Shown one piece after another: positions 9,796-19,918 of a stretch of DNA of 64,000 bases. This DNA is from Longimicrobiales bacterium (GTDB taxonomy: Bacteria; Gemmatimonadota; Gemmatimonadetes; Longimicrobiales; Gaopeijiaceae), in contig OZ250165.1 in assembly GCA_965238005.1 (NCBI GenBank), positions 2,720,001-2,784,000 of the forward strand, given 5' to 3'. Under the pieces are notes generated by a model that made no database searches, was not told the DNA's origin, and was given only the letters and a program-made list of their open reading frames with translations. The translations under genes and the position numbers were made by a program. Every line of letters starts with the position of its first letter. Position 1 is the first letter of the stretch.

Positions 9796-10560
9796 ATGAG
9801 TCTCGCTCAGGCAGTGGTGCAAGCAAGCCGCGCATTCGACCACGTCGCCCGCCGGACATGGTGCGTCAAACCGGCTGTGCCGATTCTTTTTTTCGGCGAC
9901 CTCGACGCGTATCGAGCTTCGCCGCTACACGTGCTGACGGTCGGACTGAATCCCTCGCGGCATGAGTTTCCGGCTGACCAGCCGTTCCTGCGCTTTCCGC
10001 TCGCAGAAGGCGGCCTTGGCGGGGAGCCATCCCGGTACCTCGAAGCAATGTCCGCCTATTTTCGAATCGCCCCCTACGACGGGTGGTTCAGCGCCTTCGA
10101 GCCGCTGCTCAACGGCATGAAGGCGAGCTACTACCACGGCGGCGCATCGACGGCGCTCCACACCGACATCTGCTCACCCGTCGCGACGAACTCGACGTGG
10201 AACGACCTCGACAAAGCTGATCGTGAAGCACTCGAGTCCGATGGCGGCCCGCTCTGGCACATGCTTCTGGAGGAGCTAGAGCCACAAATCGTGGCTCTGT
10301 CGGTGGCGAAGGCTCACCTCGAGGGCATCAAGTTCACGCCCTTGACCAGTTGGGAGGTCATCCACGCCTTCGAGCGGACAGGCAGCGGCGCCCTTCGGTC
10401 CCGACCGTACGAGGTCCACGCACGGTGGTACGACGTAGGCGGTGAACGGTCGCTGTTCATCTTCGGCAGAGCAGCTCAGAAGCCCTTTGGGCTGCTGGCC
10501 AACACCCACAAGCGCAAGGCAGGCGCGGTGGTACTGAAGGCATATCAGGATGGCCGATAA
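9796..10560 (+). CDS. Uracil-DNA-glycosylase-superfamily-like protein
   Basis: PILFFGD...VLTVGLNPS motif and later LEPQIVAL strand. Confidence 0.6.
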   Translation: MSLAQAVVQASRAFDHVARRTWCVKPAVPILFFGDLDAYRASPLHVLTVGLNPSRHEFPADQPFLRFPLAEGGLGGEPSRYLEAMSAYFRIAPYDGWFSAFEPLLNGMKASYYHGGASTALHTDICSPVATNSTWNDLDKADREALESDGGPLWHMLLEELEPQIVALSVAKAHLEGIKFTPLTSWEVIHAFERTGSGALRSRPYEVHARWYDVGGERSLFIFGRAAQKPFGLLANTHKRKAGAVVLKAYQDGR

Positions 10561-11539
10561 GCGTTGCTTCGTTCAGTTCCCGCACCCGGGGGGCGAGCAC
10601 CGACCCGACCGTAGCGGAAGTAAGCCGTGGCACACCCGGGCAAGCAGCCATGCGCGGAAGTTCATGCAGTTCCCTGGCGAGTGGATTGCGTCGGACGACA
10701 GCCCGCACCGCGGCGAATTGTGGGCGTGGGGCGAGTGGGAGCCCGAGTCGCGCCTCATTCGTGAGCTCGACCAGTCCCGTGGCAACCGGGACTATCCGCG
10801 TTACCTCTGGCAGCCGTACTACGTCCTGAGGGACAACTACCGGGGACTGCACAATACCGACCCGTTCATCTTCGGCGAACGCTTCCTCTATTCGAACTGC
10901 CGTCAAGGGGCCCACAGCCCCGGCTTGATGCGCCTCGGTGAGGGGTCCGTGATCGCCTTCGGCAGCGGTAAGCAGGGAGTCGGGGGCGAGTGGAGATGGT
11001 GGCTCGATACCGTGTTCGTGGTCGCGAATTCCGATCTCTATCCGGTATCCGAGGCAGACCGGGTGCTGAAGGACTGGACGTCTGACGTGTTCGGCATCGT
11101 GACCGGCGGACCGCTCGCCGACAACCACGAAGGCGGGTGCGCAGCGGACGTGCGGCTCAGGCTCTATCGGGGCGCGACGCCGGACGATCCGGTGGACGGA
11201 ATGTTCAGCTTCTTCCCCGCGCAGCCCGCCGGTGACGGGACGGGCTTTCCGCGACCGGGCATCGACCTGCCAAGCGAGTACTTCAACCCCGCCTGCTATA
11301 TAGCTCCCAAGGGGGTCAGCCGCGAGCACTGCCGCGATCAGCTACACTCGATCTGGATGGCCCTCGTCGCGCAGGTGCGGCAAGCCGGGCTCGTGCTCGG
11401 CACATACGCGGAAGTGCCACCACAACGGGCACACACGGGTGCTTCTAACGATCTGAACACCGACGGAAACCGTTCTCTGGGAACGACCGCTCAGGTCCCG
11501 CTCAGGGCACCGAGATGCGGCAGATGTGCACAGCCATGA
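10550..11539 (+). CDS. Hypothetical protein overlapping the UDG-like gene; possible modified-nucleotide-binding protein
   Basis: 329-aa aromatic-rich ORF with HPGGEH, WGEWEP, NTDPFIFGERFLYSNC, GSVIAFGS. Confidence 0.7.
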   Translation: MADKRCFVQFPHPGGEHRPDRSGSKPWHTRASSHARKFMQFPGEWIASDDSPHRGELWAWGEWEPESRLIRELDQSRGNRDYPRYLWQPYYVLRDNYRGLHNTDPFIFGERFLYSNCRQGAHSPGLMRLGEGSVIAFGSGKQGVGGEWRWWLDTVFVVANSDLYPVSEADRVLKDWTSDVFGIVTGGPLADNHEGGCAADVRLRLYRGATPDDPVDGMFSFFPAQPAGDGTGFPRPGIDLPSEYFNPACYIAPKGVSREHCRDQLHSIWMALVAQVRQAGLVLGTYAEVPPQRAHTGASNDLNTDGNRSLGTTAQVPLRAPRCGRCAQP

Positions 11540-11629
11540 TCAGCTCCTCCTCACAGCCTCTGCCACGTATGGGCAGGTGGAGGACTTGATGATCCAGGCT
11601 TCCGAGCGTCGGGCGACGAGTTCGTTTAA

Positions 11630-11940
11630 TGTACGAGAGCCAGCATACCCCTTGGGGCCACGCTTCGCGGGTCCCGGGCAGGGGCTGGCGAGGGGTAGCT
11701 CCGCCCCCCTTCGAACCCCCGAGGCCCGCGCTCCTGCGGAGTGCTTTGCCCCCCTCCCCCTTGCCGGTGCGCTGATGGCTGAGCGCCGCACGTCACCGCC
11801 GCCGCCCGCGTATCGCCAGCTGAGCTCACCGACTGGCGGGCCACGGCAACGGTCGCTGGCGTGCCTCTCTCGGAGCTGATGCGGCAAGCCATGGCACGCG
11901 CACGGACGTGGGCCGCCCCGACATCGGCGGAGCGAGTGAT
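11630..11940 (+). pseudogene. mobC: Degenerate oriT-like module followed by a frameshifted mobC remnant
   Basis: MAERRT/VTAAARVSPAELTDWRATA..GVPLSELMRQAMARARTW matches the mobC starting at 50260. Confidence 0.75.
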
Positions 11941-11967
11941 ATTGAACCCACGCTACCATTGGGAGGC

Positions 11968-12606
11968 ATGCCGATGACGGGCACCGTGGTCGGATACGAC
12001 CCTGGTGGCAACCGCAAGCATGGACTTGCGTGGGCGACGGTTGAAGACGGGAATATCGTCAACGTGACTACGAAGACCCTCTGCAACGTTGAGGAGGTGG
12101 TTGCATTGATTTTCGATATCGAAACACCCCTTGGGCTCGGTATCGACACCCTCACCTGCTGGGGCACTGGTCGCAGTGGCTGGCGTCCGGCGGATCGCTG
12201 GCTTCGACGGCGCTATCCCGACGTGCAGAACAGCGTCCAAGCGCCAAACTCCCTTTACGGGGCCATGAGCGTCAGCGGAATGGCATTGCTGGTCGCCGTG
12301 CGACAGGCCTTCCCCGACATCTTCGTTACCGAAACCCACCCCAAGGTGCTGTACCACGCGCAGTGCAACGAACGCTACGACTACAACGGCCCGAACACAT
12401 CCGTCATGAACAAGCACCTGAGTCGATTGCTCGCCGTCGATGTCGCACTTCAGAACGAGCACGAGTGGGACTCTGCCATCTCGATTCTCGCGGCCGTCCG
12501 TGGACTTCATGGGTTATGGCAGCGTGACCTGCACGCTCTGCCGACCGATTCCGACGAACGTTTGGTGCAGCCGTGCGGCAGGACGGCCTACATGTGGCCC
12601 GAATAG
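11968..12606 (+). CDS. DUF429-like RNase H-fold predicted nuclease
   Basis: VVGYDPGG, LGIDT, WRPADRWL, ETHPK, HEWDSAIS; GGAGG RBS. Confidence 0.75.
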   Translation: MPMTGTVVGYDPGGNRKHGLAWATVEDGNIVNVTTKTLCNVEEVVALIFDIETPLGLGIDTLTCWGTGRSGWRPADRWLRRRYPDVQNSVQAPNSLYGAMSVSGMALLVAVRQAFPDIFVTETHPKVLYHAQCNERYDYNGPNTSVMNKHLSRLLAVDVALQNEHEWDSAISILAAVRGLHGLWQRDLHALPTDSDERLVQPCGRTAYMWPE

Positions 12607-12679
12607 AATGTCGGGCCGGTCATCCGGCTCCCAACCCCACTAGCCGGCCCTCGGACTCGCGAGGCTTTTGGAGCGGATC

Positions 12680-12790
12680 GCTCGCGAACTCCGCCGGAGC
12701 GCGCGCCTCCAGGGGATCGAAGGGGCGGAGCCCTCGCCAGCCCCAATGTACCCACATTGGGTAGGCTGGCTTAAGCACCTTAGTCTCCGC
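12680..12790 (+). other. oriT-like site directly downstream of the E1 integrase
   Basis: Hairpin cccaatgt/acattggg (12742-12761) followed by CTGGCTTA (12766-12773), the ColE1-type nic consensus. Confidence 0.7.
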
Positions 12791-12818
12791 CTGAGGTGCC
12801 GCGACGGTGGGCTGCAAC

Positions 12819-14006
12819 CTATGGCTTGCGACTGTCGCCGGTGAGGTACGCAGCCCAAAGCTCCATCAGGACGCGCCTGCGCTCGAACAGGTCGGAACGA
12901 GCGTAGGCGGCCTCCGCCTTGTTGCGGACCACGTGCGCCAAGGCCGCCTCCATGACCGCATGGGGGGTGTCCGTGCATTCGGCCGCCCAGTCCCTGAAGC
13001 TGGACCGGAAGCCGTGCGGCACGGCCGCGATGCCCAGTCCTCGAAGCAGCCTGGGGAGGTTGGTGTCGGAAAACACGCGGCCCTCCGGCGACGGGAACAC
13101 CAGACCGCCACCACCGCCGAGCGTCCGCGCCTCCTCGAGGATCACCATGGCGCGCCCGGACAGCGGCACCCTGTGGGGGCGCTGGGCCTTCATGCGCTCA
13201 CCGGGGATGGTCCACTCGGCCGTCTCGAGATTGATGTCATCCCAGCTTGCCAAGCGAACCTCACTGGAGCGGCACGCCGTCAGCACCAGGAACTCGAAGG
13301 CGAGCCTTGTCGTGAGGGTCGACGCCGAAGTCCGGGCCGCCTCGATCGCGCCCGCGACCTCCGCGTGAGGCAACGCGCGCATGTGCCGGACTACGACGCG
13401 CTGTCGGCCGAGCGCTTGACCGAGCACATCGCCAGCGGGGTTGTCCGGCCGAAGCTCCATCGCCACCGCCCACTTCATCACCGCCCCGATGCGCTGGCGC
13501 ACCCGCCGGGCGGTCACCTGCTTGTCGTGCCAGATCGGTGTCAGAACCGCCAGAACGTCGGCTGTCGTTATCTCGCCGACCGGTCGATTGCCCAGCTGTG
13601 GGAACGCATAGACGCGCAGGCTGGTGACCCAGTCCTTCGCATGCTTGGCGGTACGCCAGCCCGGCCGCAGCTGTTCCAGAACACGGGCGGCCGCCTCGGC
13701 GAACGTGGGCATGTCCCGGATCTTGTGCCGCTCGGTACGCGGATCGCCGCCCGAGCGCGCGATCTTGCGGTTCATGAATGCCTTCTCGCGCGCCTCGGCC
13801 AGCGATACCAGCTGGTAGCCCCCGAGCCCCATCGTGCGGGGTCGGCCCTGGATCCGTAGACGCTGCTCCCATCGGCGCGCGCCGGATCGGTCCACGCGCA
13901 GATAGAGGCCGTTCCCGTCACAGTAGTATCCGGGCTTGGCACTGCGCACGAAGGCCGCGCTGAGTGCGTTGTGCGGGCGTCTCCCTCGGTGTTTGGGCAA
14001 ATCCAT
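12819..14006 (-). CDS. int: P4-like tyrosine recombinase/integrase of E1
   Basis: Arm domain YCDGNGLYL; LTACRSSE, MKAQRPHRVPL, HGFRSSF, LAH, AY. Confidence 0.95.
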   Translation of the reverse strand: MDLPKHRGRRPHNALSAAFVRSAKPGYYCDGNGLYLRVDRSGARRWEQRLRIQGRPRTMGLGGYQLVSLAEAREKAFMNRKIARSGGDPRTERHKIRDMPTFAEAAARVLEQLRPGWRTAKHAKDWVTSLRVYAFPQLGNRPVGEITTADVLAVLTPIWHDKQVTARRVRQRIGAVMKWAVAMELRPDNPAGDVLGQALGRQRVVVRHMRALPHAEVAGAIEAARTSASTLTTRLAFEFLVLTACRSSEVRLASWDDINLETAEWTIPGERMKAQRPHRVPLSGRAMVILEEARTLGGGGGLVFPSPEGRVFSDTNLPRLLRGLGIAAVPHGFRSSFRDWAAECTDTPHAVMEAALAHVVRNKAEAAYARSDLFERRRVLMELWAAYLTGDSRKP

Positions 14007-14168
14007 TTCCTATATCCCGTATAAAGTATCGTATGACATGTACGGGAACATAGCGGACATACAGCGACTCTGTAACCCGGAGTGTAGTTATATAACTAAC
14101 TGCTATACTGAGAGTTATATAACCTTACCGGACACATATGGATTGTATTGGAATTTATGTACTGGAGA

Positions 14169-14889
14169 TGAGCGATCCGCCGTGGCCAGTGTTCAGCGCT
14201 TGGAGGAGATCGGCGGCCTCGCCGCCCCTGACCTCTCCGACGACGATGTGGTCGGGCCGGTGGCGGAGCGCGTGCCGGACCAGGTCGCGGATCGACACGG
14301 GCGCGTCGGAGCCGACGGCTCCGGCCTCGAAGCGCAGGCAGTTCGCGCGCTCGATCCTGAGCTCGAGCGTGTCCTCGATGGCGACGATCCTCTCCTCCTC
14401 GGGGAGCAGCTCGATCAGTGCGTTGAGGAGTGTGGTCTTGCCCGAGCCGGTGCCTCCGGAGACCAGGATGTTGCGCCGCGAAGTGAGAGTGTCGCGGGCG
14501 GCGCGGAACACCGTCTCTGGCAAGGCGCCCTGGCCAACGAGGTCTTCGGCCGAGAACGCGCGGCCCCCGAACCGGCGGATGGTCATAGCCACGTGGGGGC
14601 TTGCGGGCGGCGTGCATATGGCGACCCGGGAGCCGTCCTCGAGCCGCGCGTCTAGGACGGGCCGTGTGGCCGGATCGAGCCCGAGCGGCCTGGCGATGTG
14701 GATGGCCGCCCGGTAGAGTGCCGCGGCGGTGAGCGCCGGTGCCTCGATGGGCTCGAGCTCTCCGCCGCGCTCGACCCAGACGTTGCCGGGGCCGTTGATC
14801 ATCAGCTCGGAGACCTCCGGATCCTCGAGCACGGCCTCGAGGCCGGGCAGAAACGGCTTCAGATGCCCGATCCCGCTCGCGCGCTTCAT
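14169..14889 (-). CDS. virB11: VirB11/CpaF-family ATPase, N-terminal part (split by E1)
   Basis: GGTGSGKTT Walker A, IEDTLE, RHRPDHIVVGEVRG, NTGHGGS; ATGA overlap with the virD4 stop. Confidence 0.92.
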
Positions 14890-16168
14890 AGCCGGCCCTC
14901 CTCGCGGAGCCGCCAGTAGCCCGTGCTCCTCGGCAGGTAGTGGGGCTGCAGGTAGACCCGCCGGGCCGGAAGGGACTTCGTGCCGTCGTAGGGCAGGCAG
15001 ATCGCCTGATAGTTGGCGAGGAGCGTGAAGTCCCTCGGCGTGAACACCGGCTCCCGTGCCTGCCGGAACGACTTGCTCGCGCCGATCGTGCCCCGTCCGC
15101 CTCCGGCGCGTCCCGATAGCAGCGAGAACTCCGGCCTGCCCGTCGTCTCGGTGAACGTGTAGGACGGCTGCGTCTTCATGACGCTGCCGCACATCTCCGA
15201 TGCGATCCGGGCCGAGGACTCGTCGCTCAAGGACAGGAAGATCCGGGTGCGGAGCGTCTGGACCAGGGTGCGCCACGCGTCCGTGCCCGACAGCACGGAG
15301 CGGAGCGAGGAGATCGACTGCGTCGCGACGATCGGGATGCAGCGGCACTGCCGCGTCAAGGCGAACGCCTTCTCGTCGCCAGCGGGGTCGTCCTGGCCCA
15401 CGGTCGCGAACGCTTGGTACTCGTCGCAGATGAACACGGCGGGCCGGAGGTAGCGGCCGGGCCGGCGGGCGGCCTCGGCGGGCCGCCGGAGCAGCGCCTG
15501 CATCCAGGCGTTCTTGAGCAGCACGCCGATGGCGCGTCCGAGCGCCGGGTTCGCGCCGGCGGGCATGTTGAGGGCCAGGACCCTGCCCCCTTCGATCAGC
15601 TCGGCGAGCGGCGGCAGGCGGCGGCGAAGGCCCGGCATGGGCCGGACGGCCGCCGCATCCTCGTCCGGTGTCTCCTTATATAGATGTGTGGGCGCATCCG
15701 GATCCGGAGGCGGCGGACAGAACACGCTCGCGACCTGCGGCTGGTCGAAGAGCGAGAGGAAGACGGAGATGCCCTCGACGATCGAGGTGCGGAGCTTGGC
15801 ATCGAGCGCCATCCAATCGTTCAGGTACCAGCGCTCGATCGCCTCGACCTGGTCCTTGAGTTCGCTGCCTGCGCCGCTCTCGCCTTTCTCGGTCTCGAAC
15901 GGGATCTCGAACTCGGCGAGCCGATCCCGGAGGACCGGGTCGAGCCGGCACGTCACCGTGTCCTCACCGGAGGTATATATCCAGACCCAGTCATTCAGCG
16001 CTTCCGGATGGCCGATCATGTCGTCGTGGGAGATGACGACGCGCGCCGGGCACGCCTCAGCCACCAGGTCCTTGGCCTCGCGGATTCTCTCGGCGAATAG
16101 TTCCGCGTCGATCGTGCAGCGGTAGATGTCCTGCAGCGTGACCCAGCCCCCCGGCAGGAGCCGGTGCA
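14886..16168 (-). CDS. virD4: VirD4/TraD-like coupling protein, C-terminal part (split by E2)
   Basis: FICDEYQ Walker B, IVATQSISSL, SARIASEMCG. Confidence 0.88.
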
Positions 16169-16369
16169 ACCTATCTAAAAGGCTCGTAAGTCGTTGTGGG
16201 TATTACCTAATCGGTTTGCGCGTGTCTAACAGTGCCCCCAGAGTTGCCCCATAATCGCACCCGCATCCAGCGCTCGCCATCAGCGTCCATTGCGATCCAG
16301 CATAGCGGAGCCATCGTCTCGGCCCCGCGGGTGCCAGCTGGCCGGCGCGGCCGCCCCGCAGGGCAGCCT

Positions 16370-16700
16370 AGTAAGATCATGCTATATCATCCGAGGCAGC
16401 CCTACGGACTGCCTCGGACAGCTAAATAACTCATTTTATACAAACGAGTTATATATTTAGCGACGGTGCTCTGCCCCCCATTATTTCCACCGGGACGAAA
16501 CGGATTTCCTCGGCCCTTCGTGGCCGTGAACGGACGCGTCAGTCCGAATGCCACGCGGCCACGCGCCCAAGGCCGAGCGGCTGAGCGTGGGGTCGGTGAT
16601 GCTCCGATCCGTACCGCCTGTGCCCAACCGACCCGGCGTCACGCCGCCCAACCAGTGGGTAGCATCTCCGCCTGTTCGAGTACCGCCCGCATCGCCATCA
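16370..16700 (-). repeat. attP-like junction plus ~300-bp distal end of an E3-family element (inverted homolog of 46431-46729)
   Basis: Reverse complement reads ccgaggcagt-CCGTAGGG-ctgc, i.e. E3 right end + core + start of the E3 left end. Confidence 0.8.
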
Positions 16701-16701
16701 A

Positions 16702-17472
16702 TCACGATCCGGTCGTTGAGTTCGAAGTTACCCCCGCCGACGGGCAGATGGGTCCCATGTAGCATTCGCCGCACGCGGGTGCCCGCCTTGCGTGACACCA
16801 CGTGCGTCCGATCTGCCATGTTGGCCAGTCAAGCTCTCCGGGCCAATCCGGGTTGAGTTCGCGAGCGCGCAGCTGGAGCCCAATCTTCTGTTTCTCCGTG
16901 GTCGACCGTAGCTGGCTGTGTTCGAACCCTGGGAGAAGGTCCAGTCGCTTCCACACGCGTAGGACGTGAGTATCGACGGGAATGTCGGGCCTGGGCGTCG
17001 GGAGCTCGATGCCGAAGTCGCGGATCAGGATGTTCGCCGCCATGCTGGCAATCTTCGGACCCACACCGTCAAACTCCAGGAACCGTCTGGCGACTGCAAC
17101 ACCGCTGCTTCCGTTGGCCCAGATTCGTGCGGCGTCCCCGCCGTACCTGTCGCCGATAAGTCGGATGGCTGCGGGAAGTAATCGCTCCATGTCGGTGGCC
17201 AGCCGGTGGCCGGATGACGCGAGTACGGAGGACCAGACACTCCCCCGAAGCCCCGCTAGGGTCTCGAACTCGAAGTCCCCCGCGGCCTTACAAATCGCGT
17301 GTGGAAGGCTCCATGCGATATCGGCTTGCGTTTGACGGTCGGCGATGCACGCCAGCACGAACGCGTGCGGATAATGCTCAAGGTCGTTCACGAGGTCGCG
17401 CGCGGCGGGCTCGACGGTGATGCCGGAGACGCCACGCTCCTGCTCGAGCGAATCCTCACCGAACCGCTTCAA
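16702..17472 (-). CDS. HhH-GPD/endonuclease III-like DNA glycosylase with Fe-S motif
   Basis: FDGVGPKIASMA HhH, PVDTHVLRV, C-x6-C-x2-C-x5-C. Confidence 0.88.
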   Translation of the reverse strand: MKRFGEDSLEQERGVSGITVEPAARDLVNDLEHYPHAFVLACIADRQTQADIAWSLPHAICKAAGDFEFETLAGLRGSVWSSVLASSGHRLATDMERLLPAAIRLIGDRYGGDAARIWANGSSGVAVARRFLEFDGVGPKIASMAANILIRDFGIELPTPRPDIPVDTHVLRVWKRLDLLPGFEHSQLRSTTEKQKIGLQLRARELNPDWPGELDWPTWQIGRTWCHARRAPACGECYMGPICPSAGVTSNSTTGS

Positions 17473-17804
17473 ACATGAGACGATGCGGTTTATCTCTGCC
17501 AGATAGAATCCCCCCTCATGGCCCTAGTTGCCTCAACTTGGAACCAAGCAACTGGACCCGTCTGTCTTCACAGCGGTCGCTCTCGCCGAGGCGGAGAATC
17601 CCGAGCGCGTGGAGCTTGCAGGTGGCCGACCCGCAGACCGGGCCGACGAAACCGGCCAAGACCTCTGAGCTAAGCCGACTGCTGAGAATCAACGTACGGC
17701 CACGGGCCTTCGCATCAAAGCCGAACTCCCTTCGTGGACTACGACGGCCCCCATCCCTCGGCCCGGTCCTCTCCGTGCAACTTCCCGGCGGTGTTCAGCC
17801 GCAG

Positions 17805-17934
17805 CGCGGCGCTGGCACACAAAGGTCCGCAACCAGATCGAGGCAGCGTATCGGCGCACGGACCTGTTCGAGCGCCGACGGCGACTCATGGACGATTGGG
17901 CCGCGTACCTCGCCGGTGGAAGCCGCAAGCCATA
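17805..17934 (+). pseudogene. Integrase C-terminal remnant, followed by an oriT-like site
   Basis: VRNQIEAAYRRTDLFERRRRLMDDWAAYLAGGSRKP*. Confidence 0.85.
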
Positions 17935-17969
17935 GGTTGCAGCCCGCCGTCACGGCACCACAGGCGCAG

Positions 17970-18095
17970 GCTAAGGTGCGTAAGCCAGCCCACGCAATGT
18001 TAAACATTGCGAGCTGGCGAGGGGGGTGCTCCGCCCCCCCTTCGACCCCCCGAGGACCCGCGCTTCGGCGGATTTCGTGGGCGGGGGACTCCCCC
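17970..18095 (-). other. oriT-like site
   Basis: CTGGCTTA on the minus strand (17981-17988) next to hairpin cgcaatgt/acattgcg (17993-18011). Confidence 0.7.
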
Positions 18096-18226
18096 CGGCC
18101 ACGGGCCATACTCTCGCTCTGGCCCATGCTCGGACCGCAAGACGCCGTGGACCGTGGATGTAAGCGTTCGGCGGGGCCATGAGGATGGCGCCGGACTTGG
18201 CCCACAACGGGGCTCCCTGACGGGGC

Positions 18227-18346
18227 GCGCGAGGTCATCGAAGCAACCCTCGCGCATGTGGCCCAGAACAGAGTGGAGGCGGCCTACCGGTGCTCGGAGC
18301 TGCTCCAGCGCCGACGCAAGCTGATGGACGACTGGGCTGCCTGTTG
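18227..18346 (+). pseudogene. Second integrase C-terminal remnant
   Basis: REVIEATLAHVAQNRVEAAYRCSELLQRRRKLMDDWAA. Confidence 0.8.
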
Positions 18347-18383
18347 ATGCTGCCTATTTTTCACGATTGAACTGTGCCAAGCA

Positions 18384-19118
18384 TCACCGAGACGATGGGA
18401 GGCGTTTGCCCAACTTCCAGATGCCCCTAAGGTGCATCATGTCAACCATTGGATTATACTCGCGGCCAAGGTTCTCTACAAAGAGCTTTGCTTTTCTCTC
18501 ATCGAACCTGTCGAAATCGTCAGCATCAGCGAGGAATTCTGATATATACCGAACCGCGTGACTTGCCCTTTCGAGCATGACGATAAATCGGTTAGCGTAC
18601 ATTGGGTGAACGACTTCGTTCATCATATGTATACCGAGGCGCCGCAAATCGAATTTTTGGAGAACTTCGTATATCGCATCAGTGGCATCGGAGATGTCAT
18701 TGACTGATTGTGGACCGATTCCGGAGCCTTCTAGAGACTGCTTCTCGTCAGCATGAGCGATGGTCTTGTTTCTGGCGACACGAGCAGATTTCGTGGCTTC
18801 CTTTGCCTTTTTCAAGGCATTCTCGATATCCACACGTAGCTCATCATCGTCATCACAAAACTCCAACAACCGTTCCACACTGACATTTGTCTTGGATCCT
18901 GTCTTAGGAGGGTCCGTCAGTCGCGATAACCGCAGAATCAAGTCATCCCAGAGCCTTGGCCAAATGTAGAGGTGAAATAAATCGCCGCCAAAAGGGTCAA
19001 TCGTTTGTCGTGCATCTAGCTCGCTGAACAAGTCCTTGTAGCTGTCGAGCGACCATTTCAGAGTAGTCCAATCCTCCCACAGCTTCTCGTGTATCTCAGC
19101 AGCCTTCCCTTCAAGCAT
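18384..19118 (-). CDS. HEPN-domain (AbiU2-like) protein
   Basis: ILRLSRLTDP and RNKTIAH motif; lower GC than the flanks. Confidence 0.7.
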   Translation of the reverse strand: MLEGKAAEIHEKLWEDWTTLKWSLDSYKDLFSELDARQTIDPFGGDLFHLYIWPRLWDDLILRLSRLTDPPKTGSKTNVSVERLLEFCDDDDELRVDIENALKKAKEATKSARVARNKTIAHADEKQSLEGSGIGPQSVNDISDATDAIYEVLQKFDLRRLGIHMMNEVVHPMYANRFIVMLERASHAVRYISEFLADADDFDRFDERKAKLFVENLGREYNPMVDMMHLRGIWKLGKRLPSSR

Positions 19119-19595
19119 GATCGTCGTTCCGTTCGCCCGAGCCCCGCTGATCGTCTGCCTCTACTGCCCGCGGTGCGCCAGCTTGGGCGACGCCAAGGCC
19201 AGCAAGCGCCCCGATGACGTTCTGGTGCGGATCGTGCCGGAAGCGGTTCAGCGTTCGCACGGATTCGGTCTTGGAGCAGACGCGGCTGCCCCTGCGTAAG
19301 TGGGTGATCGCCATCTACCTTTACACGACCAACCTTAAGGGCGTGTCGAGCATGAACCTCCACCGCGACCTGGACATCACCCAGAAGTACGCGTGGTTCA
19401 TGCTTCACCGCATCCGCAAGGCGTGGGGCGGCCAGTCGGCCAGCTTCTCCGGGCCGGTCGAGGTTGACGAAACCTACATCGGCGGGAAAGAGAAGAACAA
19501 GCACTCATCGAAGCGGCTTCGGGCTGGCCGTGGCGCGGTCGGGAAAACGGCGGTCGTCGGAGTCAAGGACCGCGAGACCAACAAGGTCGCGGTCG
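19119..19595 (+). pseudogene. IS1595-family transposase fragment
   Basis: Zn-ribbon CPRC/CGSC, KGVSSMNLHRDL, VEVDETYIGG. Confidence 0.9.
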
Positions 19596-19900
19596 GCTTG
19601 CCATATCCGTTGCGGTAGCCCTCGGCCGAGTCCACCGTACTCCTGCGCTCTGACCTCTCCCGGCCTAACAACTCCGTGACTTCCTCCTCCATGATCTGTT
19701 GGATGAACTCCTGCGCCTTCTCCCTAACCATCCCCTCGAGCGTCTCCCACATCGGCCTGCTGGACGCACCCTGGGGTCCCGCGATATCCTCTCTCATGAG
19801 GCGACGTTCCTTTCCCCGGGCTGTCACCCGGGCTCGCTGGTTTAAATCTCAGCGCAAAGGTGCGTCGCCTCTCTTTTTACACACCCTTTGATCCTAGCTC
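19596..19900 (-). pseudogene. IS256-family left end and transposase N-terminal fragment
   Basis: EEEVTELLGRERSER...GYRNGYGKP; terminal IR gagctaggatcaaagggtgtgtaaa starting at 19900. Confidence 0.85.
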
Positions 19901-19918
19901 GGAGCTGGAGGGGTTGGA

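Larger units (their letters stand above)
7919..14175 (-). mobile_element. E1: 6.25-kb tyrosine-integrase element inserted in virB11
   Basis: 7-bp direct repeat TGAGCGA at 7919-7925 and 14169-14175; arm-like motifs tatcgtatg and atcccgtata at both ends; integrase at the right end. Confidence 0.92.
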
